Positions 48,804 through 61,294 of a DNA stretch of 64,000 bases are shown piece after piece; position 1 is the first letter of the stretch, and every line of letters starts with the position of its first letter. Position numbers and translations under genes: made by a program. Source of the DNA: Felis catus (Eukaryota). The notes beneath the pieces were generated by a model. The model worked only from the letters and a program-made list of their open reading frames with translations, made no database searches and was not told the origin of the DNA. The stretch lies in assembly GCF_018350175.1 (NCBI RefSeq), contig NC_058368.1, forward strand, positions 133,984,001 to 134,048,000, given 5' to 3'.

Positions 48804-50802
48804 GTAAGCAATATGGTCTGCGTCGTTGCTCATGGCAGGAACTTTGAGCTGGGACACAGTTTCACTCCGTAGATGTATTTCTCCTCTGAGGGAAGCCTAA
48901 CACCCGAGCTGACCTTGCCCCCTTCTGAAAGGGAGGACCATATCTCACAGTGGCAACAGGAGGCTACAGGTCAGTGGGGTGATGACCGGGCCCTCAGAGA
49001 CCCTGCTCTCTCTCTTTACAAAACCCCATAAATCCTTCCAAAGGGAGTAATTCCCTCAGGATCAAGAGAGTCCTCCACATTCCTAAAATCAGTGAAGGCA
49101 AAATGTACAGGGATTTCTGAGAAAAGTAAATGTGGTGTGAGCATGATCCCTGGGTGTTACTGTGCTGCAGAGAAGTCCCCCCCCCTTCCCCCCCTGAATG
49201 GTGTTCTTTGCTCTCAAGTTAACTCACGCACTGGACTTGGTCCAAGTACATTTTGTTTCTTGATTTCTAGCCAGGCTTCTCTCAGTTGTGGTGCATTCTC
49301 CTCTTTGCTCCCCTCCCTCCCCCGCCCCCTTCTCTCTTTTTATAATTATTTCAGCTTTTCCATGTGACTGAACTGATACAGAGGAAAACCCACCAGCTTA
49401 GGTAGGGCTTCCACCAGAGTGGGGCCAGAGGGACTCTGTGAACGGCCGGCCCCTCACTCAGCAATGGCCTGCATGGCAAGGTATGTCTAAGAGCAGCTGA
49501 AGCAGAAAGCGTTTGAACTCTGCCCCTGCCAAATGACTTCCAGATGTGTAAACTCCAGCCTCCCTCTGCTCTCTGACTGTAGCCCTGCCAACATACATCT
49601 GCAGATTTCTGGTGCACAGGAAACATGAAAGAGTATCTTCTACAACATCTGTTCTCTTTCCCCAGCTCCCCACTCTGTCTTCTCGGACTTTGCCCTATAT
49701 TTCATCTCCTCCTAAACAAAGTCATTAAGGAATCACGGCACAACTCGCCTTGGCCCATAGATGCCATCTCCCCCCTTCTCCCCCCTTCTCCCCCCAGAGC
49801 CTGTTCTTGGCTCTCTGGACGTTTGGCCAAAGCAACACTAGAATCATTAAAGACACGTATTGACTTGCTGCAGGAGACAAGAACCAAGTTTTCTCTCCTG
49901 GGCAGGTGCCACTCCATAAGCTGCAAAGGGAGATTTTGGCCACAAGGAGGACCGAGCAGAGACCTGAAGATGAAAACACGGGTCTCCATGAAGAGTGCGC
50001 CCGCTTACACACCCTTGGGAGAAGGTGAGATCTTCAGGAAGAACTTTTTTCTATGGACATTCAGTTTCTTGGAACAAACCAAGCAGGCTTCTCTAAAATC
50101 GGAAGCATTTATGTGCAGAATGGGTTCTTTGCCTCTCCCCCAGCCCCTGGGGTATGGCACCTATCAGGCTAAGAGGATAGAAGAGGACCAGTTCTTAAAG
50201 TAACTCAAAGGGGGATGAAAAAAGTCAGAAACACTTTTAGCAAAATGGAGCAGGAGATTTTTATGGAGGCATTTACTCTCATTAAGAAAATGATTTGACT
50301 GCTGTGTAAATAAATGCTTGACCTTCATTCTGCCCTTCATCCATATGGACCTGAAACTCTCTCCGGGCCCATCCCCGGGGACATGGAATGGAGCCAAGTG
50401 ACCAAATCTGGGACAGGGAACTAGGGTGCACTACAAAAGGGAGCAGAGAGTTGAAGGGGCCTTTGGGCTCCAGGGCCCGAGAAAGGAGCAGTTGTAGGTG
50501 AGAGGTCCTTGCTGCCCCAGGTCCCGTGTCATAGGCATGCAGGTCCACCTGGGAGCCTGTGGGGATCCCAGAGGTTAAGGAGATCTGCTCCTGATTATGC
50601 ACCCAGGGTGAGCCTCCCAGGAGGCTCCAGCGGTGACTTCCTGGACCCTGGACAAGACTGCCCTGCCCTGTAATCTGAAGGGCAGAGTGGAGAGCGGGTA
50701 GGATGTACGTCCTGCTGTAATAGTCCCGAGCACCTCCGTCTCTGGCTCTCGGATGGAGCCCTCAGATTTGGCTGGATTTTGCTACAGTAGCCTCCCTATT
50801 TG

Positions 50803-50829
50803 AAACAAACAAACAAACAAACAAACAAA
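50803..50829. repeat. (AAAC)n microsatellite
   Basis: Direct reading. Confidence 0.9.
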
Positions 50830-52326
50830 TAACCAGTCAATACAAACCACACATTGGTCTCATACTTCAAGTAGAACTTGTTGCAGAAAAGCAAGTGGAA
50901 GAGATAAAGCTCTCCCTCCATCTGTGTCTTTCCATGCAACTTCCCCAGAGACATTGGATTACCTCAGTAGTTAGGGTAACTCCTTCCTGAAGAAGAGCAG
51001 AATCTGTAAACTCTTTCATATAAGGATGGATGGGTAAAAAGGGTAAACAAGCCTTTTTATTCTGCCTGAGAACTGATCTTCGTTTAACTGTATAGCTCTA
51101 TTACTTCAGCAACCTCTTTGGGAATGCAAACTATACCATATTGCTGAGGATAAAAAAGATCCCTGACTGGACTGGGGAGCTGTATCTGGAGTGGGTGGAA
51201 TTATAAAGAACCACAAATTTCTGCTAAGGACACCATGCTTTAGGCTTTCCTAAGTGTGGTGACATTTGTGATGGGCACCCTGCAGGGAAGTTGGAAGCTA
51301 TGCCTGGGACTTGTTACAGGAGATAATGGCCCCTTTGAGGAGTGAGGAATTTAAGTCAGGTTAGCTCCCATACTTGCCCACTGTGGATCTCATCCCTTGT
51401 GCCTGAGCTGTCCCTGGGGAGAAGTCGGTGGTGAATGGCGGTGCGGGCTGATATATGGGCTTTCAGTGAAGGAAACCACTGATGCTGTCCTGCTACTTGA
51501 CCTGTGGTCCTGCCTCACATCCTTCTGGGTACACCACTTGTGGCCTGTGATCGTCTTGTGAGTGAGAGTGTCTAGTTGAGGCTAAGAAAATGCTGTTGGG
51601 TGGTTTGGAGAGTATAACTCGTTGCCTGTTAAATTGTCTCCCGTCTCCTTTGCAAAGATAGACTAGTGGGTGGAAGACATACTTAGGGGGCCAGAAACCT
51701 GCGGAACATGCCTCAGATCACACTCAGAGGACATACTCTGTCTTTAGGACTTTCAGCCTCACCTCAAATGATGCCCAGGAAGAAAATGGTTGTTATCTGA
51801 TTTTGCTTTGCATGTACCTATCACCCAAAGCTGTTGGAACTATATGTGTCACAATGACCTCCCACCTGGCCCATTATAAAAGCTCTAACTTCAGAACTCG
51901 GGGAACAGGTGTGAAAGTTTCCATCTTCTAAGTTTATCTATTCCAATTATAAACTCAGTTAGTAGAGAAATAACTAATGATTCTACTGTGAGATGCATAT
52001 GGACCAGAATTTCATTTGTCACCTATTCTCTGTACTTTTCTCTAATGAGAGAACAGTAGCAAATGACATTTATGATTTCTTGGTAGCAGTGTAAGGTCAA
52101 GACATTTCTGTATTTCCCTATCTTCCATACAGTTGCCCTGGTAAACAGCCACAGGTCACTTTCGGGAAGGAGGGAAGCAATGTTTATTGTATATATTTGT
52201 AATAGGCTTGTGGGGCTTTTCTTCAAGGAAGACTGCTTCTCCTTCATTCAACATAGACATACCTTAGACATACCTTGCCATGGGCTTACTTAGCCTATAT
52301 GTGTATGTGTTTGTCTGTGTCTCCTT

Positions 52327-52534
52327 TAAAAATTAAAAAAAAAAATTTTATTTATGAGAGAGAGAGTGTGAGCTGAGGAAGGACAGAGAGAGAGGGAGAC
52401 AACAGAATCTGAAGCAGGCTCCAGGCTCTGAGCCGTCATCACAGAGCCCCACGTGGGGCTTGAAACCACAAATAGCGAGATCATGACCTGAGTCGAAGTG
52501 GGATGCCTAACCAACTGAGCCACCCAAGCACCCC
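52327..52534 (-). mobile_element. CanSINE
   Basis: Complete reverse copy. TCTGTGTCTCCTT near both flanks. Confidence 0.93.
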
Positions 52535-52948
52535 TGTCTGTCTGTCTTTCTGTGTCTCCTTGACCTCCCTCCCCCATTGCTTGACTTCATGTAATTGATT
52601 GACTAACCTTTCAATTTCAAATATAATCTATTGATGTGTCATCGATGAGTAGAATTAGCCCAAATGGGATGTTTAACTTCACTACTCGACTAGGGTACCA
52701 AAAGAACATGTGATGTGGTAGAGGGAAGAAAATATGGTGGTTTGAGTGAATACCTTTGTGATTGCTAACACATTTGGCAGGTTGAAATGTTTATGTTGTC
52801 AGGCAGTTAACTCCTGAGAATCAACATGGTTGGATTATGAAGCCATTGAGCTGTATAGCCCCTGTGTAAACAATCATCTCCAGCAGTTATGTGACCATGG
52901 AGGAATGCAGGCCCAGTGTTACCATTACAGGTTTTCAAGATAAACTGA

Positions 52949-53644
52949 GAGTTCATTTCTGGGTTTTCTATTCTTTTCTATTGATCTGTGTGCCTATTTT
53001 TATGGCAGTACAATTATGTCTTGATCACCACAGACAGCCTAGGAAGCCATATGGAGGTTCCTCCTAAAGTTAAAAAAAGAATGATCCAGCAATGCACTAC
53101 TAGGTATTTACCTAAAGGATACAAAAATACAAATTCAAAGGTATCCATGCACCCTGGTGTTGATAGCGTTGCCAACAATAGCCAAATTATGGAAAGAATC
53201 CAGATGTTCATTGACTAAGGAATGCATAAAGAAGATGTGGTATGTATATACAATGGAATATTACTTGGCCAGCAAAAAGAATGAAATCTTGCCATTCATA
53301 ATGGTGTGGATGGAGCTAGAGAGTATTATTCTAAGCAAAATAAGTTAGAGAAAGACAAATACCAAATGATTTTACTCATAGGTGGAATTTAAGAAATTAA
53401 AAAAATGATCGTAGGGGAATAAAAGAGTGAGGCAAACCAAGAAACAGACTCCTAACCATAGAGAGTAAACTGATGGTTATGAGAGGAGGTGGGTAGCGGG
53501 GGGAGGGATGGGTGAAATAGGTGATTAGGAGTGCGCTTGTTGTGATGAGCTCCCGGTGTGGTATGTAAGTGATGGATCACTACATTGTATATCTGAAACA
53601 CTGTATGTTAACTAACTGGAATTGAAATAAAAACTGAAAAAAAA
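52949..53644 (+). mobile_element. 5'-inverted carnivore L1 fragment
   Basis: 52949-53033 matches ORF2 in - orientation (compare 3590-3672). 53034-53644 is the ORF2 end, 3'UTR, AATAAA and A-tail in + orientation. Confidence 0.85.
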
Positions 53645-55104
53645 GTTAATTGTGGCTCCTTAAACACACATATACAATTACCCCCCCCCCCCCAAAATGT
53701 CTTTGGGCCAGCTTTGCTCTGCAGGCTGCCAGTTTGGGGCTGGCATATATATATGCCATATTTATGAAGAAACTGAAACTCAGGAAGGTTAAGTAACCTA
53801 AGGTTGAACAAGAAAATTGTGGCAGATTCAGGTAGAAGTCTTCAGATGCCTGAACCTTGACTCTTTCCACCCTGTCAAGCCAAAGTCACTGCTCTCCATG
53901 CTGTGAATGAGCTTTCAGTTTTCTTTAGAAAGTTTCCCAGCTAAAATTGAAGTATGATTGAAGTGACTCTTTTCCTCTCAACTTGGCTACCCAGTGGTGT
54001 AAACAAGACAGACACAGTGACGTTTGCAGTTGTTGGGGAAGCATCCTTGGTGTGGCTCCTTGGGGAGTGCTCCATGGTGTCTCATCCTTGTGTGCACAGT
54101 AGCTTCCTTTCAACTGCAAGTGCACCCCACACAAACTCTTCACTTCTGCTTTCCCCCACACTGGCTTGAACACCCCTGTTAAGAAACATTATGGGGGTGA
54201 AGGAAATTCAAATGAGGATAACATTAGGTTGGGAGCCCAGGATAGATGAACTTTTCTGCCTTGTATCTTACACCTGGCAGTCCCTATGATCTTGTTTGGT
54301 ATGCTCTCTGTCCATAGTCCTGCTCCCCAGTTTGCTCCCCCAGGACAGTGAGATTGTGTGAATGGGGGATTTGTGAAGTGGTGTGAATGGGGCTCTTAGA
54401 AATGAGGCCAAGAAGGCTTAGTTAGACTCACGGGCAATCAGTCACACCAGCTGCTTGTCCCCTTCTAGTTTGTAACCTGAAGAGGCTTTTTTGTTATTAT
54501 TCTTATGATTTATTCTAGCTGTTCTTTTATAAGTCTTTTCTTAATCGCTTCAGTCCGCATTTCTCCCTATTCTTTTCTGTTACTTGGGGCTTTATTTATT
54601 TATTTTTTTAATGAATCTTAAGAATTTAAAACTTGTATGCCTTATACCTGGTTTGTAGATTGAATTATGTTTTTCATGATCAAAACATTGCCTGAATTCT
54701 TCAGAGTCAAAATAAATCTGCCTCTACAAAATGGAAAATTACATAGTTAAGTGTTTTGATGGTCTTTGTGTCATTGAGAATTAATATAAGAGGATGGCAG
54801 AGTTAGTAATTTGGCAGGTAAGGTAACTTCGTCCTGATTTTGGAACAAGTAACAGGCTTGGGTACTTTTTTTTCATGCAGTTCTGGGCACACAGAAATGT
54901 CTGACTTATATATTTCTATTCATTTTCAGTTTAACTGAAAAAAAAAGAGCAAACATTGTGGATTAAACTAATAGAAATTGTTTATGAGATCTGCAAATTG
55001 GTTCTCAGAAAGCTAAACCAGGAGAGAAATCAAGCTATCAACAATTATTATTTTTAACCTTCTTTTTCTAGTTTTCCGTATCATTTTATAAAGTTAATTA
55101 GAAC

Positions 55105-55602
55105 CTTGAATCATTTAGGAATTGCTTTTGACTGCTACTAATAGAGGCTCAAAATAACAGTGGCTTAAACAAAATAAGACCCCTTTTTCCCTTTTATGTA
55201 AAACAGAAACAAGCAATCCAGGACTAGTACAGGGCTCCATGGTCATTAGGAAACCAGGCTCGGCTCCTTCTATCTTTTTGTTCCTCCACCCTTAGTCTGT
55301 GTCTTCTATGTTCAAGGTTACCTCACTGTCACTAGATGATTGTTGGAGCTTCATCCATCACTTTGGCTTGTAGACACGAGGAAGAAGGAAAGGAGGTGGG
55401 TAAAGGCACCTATAATCAACTCTTTTCAACATCTTTCCCTGAAACCATCCTGAATAACTTCTCCTTAAATCTTACTGCCTGCCAGTATCTGTAAGGGAGG
55501 TTTGTAAATGGGCACATCGTAGTGTTTAACTGTGTATGTGTCTTCGACTAAGGAAGAAGGGAGAATGGTTCTTGGGTGGGCAAATAGCAGGCTCTGATGG
55601 CA
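55105..55602 (-). mobile_element. MaLR LTR (MLT1J/K-like)
   Basis: AAAATAACAGTGGCTTAAACAAAATAAG and GCTCCTTCTATCTTTTTGTTCCTCCACCCTTAG. Confidence 0.7.
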
Positions 55603-55904
55603 CTTGGTGTGGTTCTGCTTCCGTCGCTGTGCGGGCTCACCCCTGGGTGTGGTGGTGAGGGGCAGGGAACAACCCAAGCAACAGACTACCTTAGGGGAGG
55701 CCCTGAAGCTCAGAGGGAACTCATTTGTTTGGTAAGAGATGGTAAGGTGAGAAGGGGGTCTCACCCTGGGTCTGTCTGGCTTCAAAGAGTCTGAACTTGG
55801 AAGTTGGATGTTATGTTGCTACAGACCAGGTTGGCAAAGAAGGGGCAAAAATGGGGAGATATAGAGAAAAGAGGTGATAGAATTTTTTTAAAGCTTAGGT
55901 TAGT

Positions 55905-57060
55905 ACATTGCCATAAAAATAGGAGACTTTCGTACCTTGCTTCTTTCAGTTAAAGTAATGCTTTTGAGATTCATCCATGTCGTTTTATGTATTGGTAGTT
56001 TTTTTTTTTTTTTTTCCCTTATGTTAGAATAGTGTTCCACAATTAATCTACCTTCCAGTTGATATTCACTTGGGTTGTTTCTAGCTTTTGACAATTATTA
56101 ATAAATATGCCATAAGCATTTATAGTTTTTTGTGTGAATGTATTTAAAAAAAAATTTTTTTTTGCCTAAGTACCTAGGAAATGGGTATTAATGAGTTGTA
56201 TGGGGAATATAAATTTAACTTTCTAAGAAATTGTTGAAGAGTTTTCCAAAGTGGCTGTACCACTTACTAAGTTTACTGGCAATGTAAGCCATTTCCAGGG
56301 GCTGTACATCCTTGCCAGCTCTTGGTAAGGCCAGGTTTTTGTTTTGTTTTGTTTTGTTTACATTCTAATAGGCATTTCGTGGTATTTCAATGTGACTTTC
56401 AGGTACATTTCCCTAATGACGAGTGGTTTTAAGAGTCTTGGTATTTATTTGCCCTCCGTGTCTCTTTGATGAAGTATCTTCAAACCTTTTGCCCATTTTT
56501 AATTAAGGTTTGTTTTCTTACTGAGTTATGAGGGTTCTTTATGTACTCTGGATACCAGTCTATTATAAGGTAAGCATTTTGTGCATATTTTCTCACAGTA
56601 TGTGGCAACTGTTTTATGCAACAGAAACTTTTAATTTTGGTAATGTCTAACCAGTTTCTTTTTTCTTTTTTTCATGCTTTTTGTCTCATATCAAATAAAT
56701 CTTTGTTTAACCTAATGTCTAGAAGATTTTCTGTGGTGTTTTCTTAGAAATTTTATAGAATTGGGATTTGTCACTTAGGTCTGTGATCTGTTGAGAGTCA
56801 TTTTTTATAGGTGGTATGAGGTATGGATTGGGGTTCATTTTTTACATAACTATTTCAGAAGCGTTTCAGAATCATTTGTTGAGAATCCTTTCTTCCTACC
56901 TGGACACCTTTGTCAAAAATCAGTTGACCAAATATGTGTAGGTCTATTGCTGAACTTGATCCTATTCCCTTGAGTGCATTTATCCTTTTGCCAGTAACAC
57001 AGTATCTTGGGCATTGTAGCTTTATAGGAAGTCTTGAAATTAGACATGACAATTCTTTAT
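55905..57060 (-). mobile_element. Ancient L1M fragment
   Basis: Degenerate ORF2 3' part (translation HIFGQLIFDKG) and 3'UTR. Confidence 0.8.
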
Positions 57061-58118
57061 TGTGAAATAGTAAAAATACACAAACAACACACAGATACAT
57101 ACATACATATGTACATACATACATCTATGCATACATATTGGTCTCTGCCCCTGGATCCTAGCATACCGCTCCTAAAACCCTTGTAATTTTTTTATTAAGA
57201 TGATTTATTGTCAGATTGGTTTCCATACAACACCCACTGCTCATCTCAACAAGTGCCCTCCTCAATTCTCATCACCTCTTTTCCCTCTCCCCCACCTCCC
57301 AACCACCCTCAGTGTGTTCTCTGCATTCAAGAGCCTCTTGTGGTTTGTGTCCCTCCCTCTCTGTTTGTAACTATTTTTTCCCCTTCCTTCCCCCATGGTC
57401 TTCTGTTAAGTTTCTTAAGATCCACATATGAGTGAAAACATACGATATCTGTCCTTCTCTGACTGACTTATTTTATTCAGCATAATACCTTCCAGTTCCA
57501 TCCATGTTACTGCAAACGGCAGGATTTCATTCTTTCTCATTGCCGAGTGAGTAGTATTCCATTGCATATATAAACCACATCTTCCTTATCCATTCATTAG
57601 TTGATAGACATTTAGGCTCTTTCCATAATTTGGCTATTGTTGAAAGTGCTGCTGTAAACACTGGGGTACATGTGCCCTGTTCATTAGCACTCCTGTATCC
57701 CTTGAAACCCTTATAATTTTGTAAGTGATAAGAGCACTAGGAGCATCTTTTGTTCTAATATTTGGTCTTTAACCCTGGTTCCAGACCTGAGCCCCTAAAT
57801 CCCTTGTAATTTCCTAGGAGTGTCTTTTGTTCTGATGAGGCGACTCTGGGTAGGCTCCTGGATTGGGTCTGGTCACCAGAAAGACCAAGTCATGATCAGA
57901 AGCTTGGAATTTTGTGTTCCACCCCTTATTCTTCAGACAGGGGAGAGGGGCTGGAAATAGAGTTAATGATCCATCATGCCATCGAGATACAGCCTCCATA
58001 AAAATCCCCTGCTGCGAGAATGGTGCACCTGGACAGGGGATGCAGTTCCACACCCCTTCCTGCACACCTTGTCCTGTGTATGTCTTCATCTGGATGTTCT
58101 TTTGTATCGTTTATCATA
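57061..58118 (+). mobile_element. MER21-like LTR, interrupted by an L1 and lacking its 3' part
   Basis: TGTGA start, TTGGTCTCTGCCCC...CTCCTAAAACCCTTG, and CACCAGAAAGACCAAG. Confidence 0.75.
57191..57704 (-). mobile_element. 5'-truncated feline-type L1 3' end
   Basis: Homologous to 2280-2783. TSD AAACCCTT(G/A)TAATTTT at 57175-57190 and 57705-57720. Confidence 0.95.
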
Positions 58119-58352
58119 TTATTTTATTTTTATTTGTTTATTGGTTAAGTTGATTTGAGAGAGATAGGGAGAGGGAGGAGGGAGGGAGGGGAGGGGAAGG
58201 GGCAGAGCGAGAGGGTGAGAGAGAATTCCAAGCAGGCTCTGTGTCTTCAGCACAAAGTCCAAGGGAGGCCTCCATCCCATGAACCGTGAGATCCTGACCT
58301 GCGCCAAAATCAAGAGTCCGATGCTTAACCAACTGAGATACCCCGGTGCCCC
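58119..58352 (-). mobile_element. CanSINE without recognisable TSD
   Basis: Complete reverse copy with unrelated flanks. Confidence 0.92.
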
Positions 58353-59378
58353 TAGAAACTGTGTTTAAATATACTTGATACATTTTGCCTCATAGTCCTC
58401 ATACCATCTATATAAAGAGTTTGTACTTTTTCAGTAAAAGGTGAGGAAATCAAAGTTTAGATGAATGAAGTAGCTTGTCCAAAATAATGCTGTAAGGAGG
58501 GATTTGAAGAAGGCATGTTGGGGGGCAGCTTCACCTGACCACGAACTTCGGACCTCACTGGTCTCTTGATGTGTCAAGTCTGGGTGAGGCCTGGTGTCGC
58601 TTTCCCCATAATACCTTTTTGCTGGCACTCAGTGGCATGGGAAAAGGTCCCACCCAGTGTGGGCAGAGTTGTAAAGTGGATGGTAGAATCTTTTCACTTT
58701 GTACTTGGCTTGTAGACCTGGAAGGTTAAGCTCCCTTAGGTTGACTGAGCAGTATCTATGGGCTGGTAGAGCTTGCAGCTAAGAATCCTATGAAGTACTT
58801 AGTAGAGGACCCACACCTCCAGCCCATACATTCTTTAGGTCACAGGAGGGATAGAGAGCCGGAGGCACAAAGTGGTGGAAAGGGAAGAATGAAGTAGCGA
58901 ACAGGCAAGCAGCACATCAGTGGGTGGAGAAGGGACTAGTGAGGGGGTGTGTCTGAGAGACAAGAGCTTTGAGTAGTCTCCTCTCAGGTGTCTCTTACAC
59001 AGAATGTGTAGCCTGGAGGCCTAGGAGCATGAGTATCTTTCTGGGAGTCATCTCATGGGGAAAGTCTGGGGTTTAGGGAATAGTGGCTGCAGAGCGGGGC
59101 CTCTATGGGGCTTGGAAAAGCTGAGTAGGGTAGAGCTATTCAGGGAGGCTCCCTCTGTTTCTTCACTTGCTGTTCTCTGTACTTTTTTCTGAAAACTGAC
59201 TTGATGGTGTCCATAGGTTATGCTCGGTTCAGACTCAGGAAAGCCTAGGGATCGTATAGCTTCCCTTTCCTGGCTCATCCCACTGACTGTCTCTGATTGC
59301 ATTTCCATGGCCCGTGTACTGGGCTGGCCTGGAGGCAGGCAGGGGACTGACTCCCTCCTCCCGCTCTCTCTGTCCTAG

Positions 59379-59423
59379 CAGTGCCCATCCCGCAATCACT
59401 GCTTATTACCCACGGCCCGGGAG
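59379..59423 (+). other. Candidate 45/42-nt micro-exon
   Basis: Branch-like CTGAC at 59347-59351, pyrimidine tract, tandem acceptor TAG|CAG|, and donor GAG|GTAAAG. Confidence 0.3.
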
Positions 59424-59589
59424 GTAAAGCCTCTCATCCGAATGTCATCTCTGCCGTTTCTTATCACAGAACATCCTTATCGCCACAATTTCACTTGCTG
59501 GGAATTGTTGGTACTCAAGATCCTAGTGGTCAGCCCCAGCCACCATTCTGATTTCAGTGGGAAAAAGGGACTATTTCCTGATTACAGGA

Positions 59590-60060
59590 AGATTTGAAAA
59601 TAAAGAAAAGAATAAAGGGAAATAAAAGTCACCTATAACATGCCACCCAAACATCACTACTGCTAACATTTTTGTTGTATTTCTTTGTTCCTTATTTTTA
59701 AAAATGCAGTCTACACTCAAGGTTTGTGTCCTATTTTGTCAGTTAATATTTTATCAAGAGCTTTTTTATTCTGTCTTTAAACATCATTTGCAGATAAATT
59801 ATTAACGGCTACAGACTACTGTATTGTATGGATGCAGAAGTTGGCCCACCGTTATTGGACATTGGATTGCATATAGGAAAGGTTCCTAGAGTTGGGGTAT
59901 GGGGGAAAATTGGGATGTTTTAAAGACTTGTATACACTGCTGAATTCTTTTACAGAGAGGGTTGCTGTGTGTGCTGGGAGCAGAAGTACCTGGGATTGCA
60001 CATCTAACCATACAAGCAAAGTGTTTGTATTTTTATCCTTGCCAATTACACAGGTAACAA
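59590..60060 (-). mobile_element. Ancient L1ME-like fragment
   Basis: Degenerate L1 3' pattern (CACTACTGCTAACATTTT...GTTATTGGACATT). Confidence 0.5.
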
Positions 60061-60119
60061 CAATTCCTTGAATCAATTGATTCATTAATCAATCAATGAG
60101 TGTTTATGAGTTTCAGCTC

Positions 60120-60310
60120 TGTCACTTACTATTAATATGTCCTTTGACATTCCAGCCCCTTTTCTGTAATGGCAAAATGGGGAATTTAATAGCACTTCCA
60201 GAAAACAGGTAGAGTCGTAACAGCTTCTTTGCTTTCATTTCAAGGCACTTCTGATGATTAAATGAAATAAGTAATGTAAAAATATTTTGTAAACCTTCCA
60301 CGCGTATCAA
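60120..60310 (+). mobile_element. MIR
   Basis: CTCTGTCACTTACTA...GGCAAAATGGGGAATTTAATAGCAC. Confidence 0.55.
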
Positions 60311-60695
60311 GCCCTGCTGTATGGCCAGTAATATTTGAGGCCCTGGAGGGAGGAGTGATGTGAGGAATAAATGGAACAGAATTCTTACAAGTGAAGAACT
60401 TTAAAAATTGGTGCTATTCTACATAGGGCGTCATTACAGCAGCCTTGTGTCCAGGGTTTCCTGGAACTGTCTTCCTTTTCCCTGCAGATTCCACCTGTCA
60501 GATGTAGTGTCTTGATTTTTGGTTCACAAACAGACATAATGCCTGTTTTATAGGAAAGTTCATAAGCTTCATTGAGGTTAATGGTTTTAGGTATATCTGT
60601 AATTATATTAACATTTTTTTAGTTTTGAAAGATGAGAAAGGCTAGTTGTTTGAACATGGTACTTTTTTCACTTCTGGTAATCTTCACACATAGGG

Positions 60696-60698
60696 TGT

Positions 60699-60783
<85 letters not shown>

Positions 60784-60812
60784 TATATATATCATATATA
60801 TTTACATATATA
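60696..60812. repeat. Compound (TG)n(AG)n(AT)n microsatellite
   Basis: Direct reading. Confidence 0.95.
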
Positions 60813-60819
60813 CAGTAAA

Positions 60820-61033
60820 ATTTTTTTAAGAATATCTTTATTTTGAGAGAAGAGAAAGCACACATGCAAGTGGGGGGAGGAGCAGAGAGAGAGAAGAGAG
60901 AGAATCCCAAGCAGGCTCTGTGTGCTGTCAGCACTCAAAACCCAATGTGGGGCTCGAACCCACAAACTGTAAGATCATGACCTGAGCCAAAATCAAGAGT
61001 CAAGCGCTTAATCAACCGAACCACCCAGGGGCC
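60820..61033 (-). mobile_element. CanSINE
   Basis: Complete reverse copy. Confidence 0.92.
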
Positions 61034-61193
61034 TCTACATACCTATTTTTAATTGGTAAAATCTTCTCTCTCCTTTCAGGAATAGTATTTACATGATCAG
61101 TTTCATTTCTCCCTCCTTTGATATAAAGTTGATTTTGAATCAACTAAACACAAAGGAGTGCCTTGCCTCAGATAAGCTCGCTTGCCCTTTTCT

Positions 61194-61294
61194 TTTCTCT
61201 TCTCTTCTCTTCTCTTCTCTTCTCTTCTCTTCTCTTCTCTTCTCTTCTCTTCTCTTCTCTTCTCTTCTCTTCTCTTCTCTTCTCTTCTCTTCTC
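61194..61294. repeat. (TTCTC)n pentanucleotide microsatellite
   Basis: About 20 perfect units. Confidence 0.97.

Noticed and set aside
49625..50203. 192-aa ATG-initiated ORF
   Set aside because: No recognisable homology or coding-like composition. A few ORFs of this size are plausible by chance in 64 kb. BLASTp or PhyloCSF would settle it.
340..59423. Naming the host gene
   Set aside because: No exon matched a protein or UTR I can reliably recognise. A synteny or BLAT search is needed.
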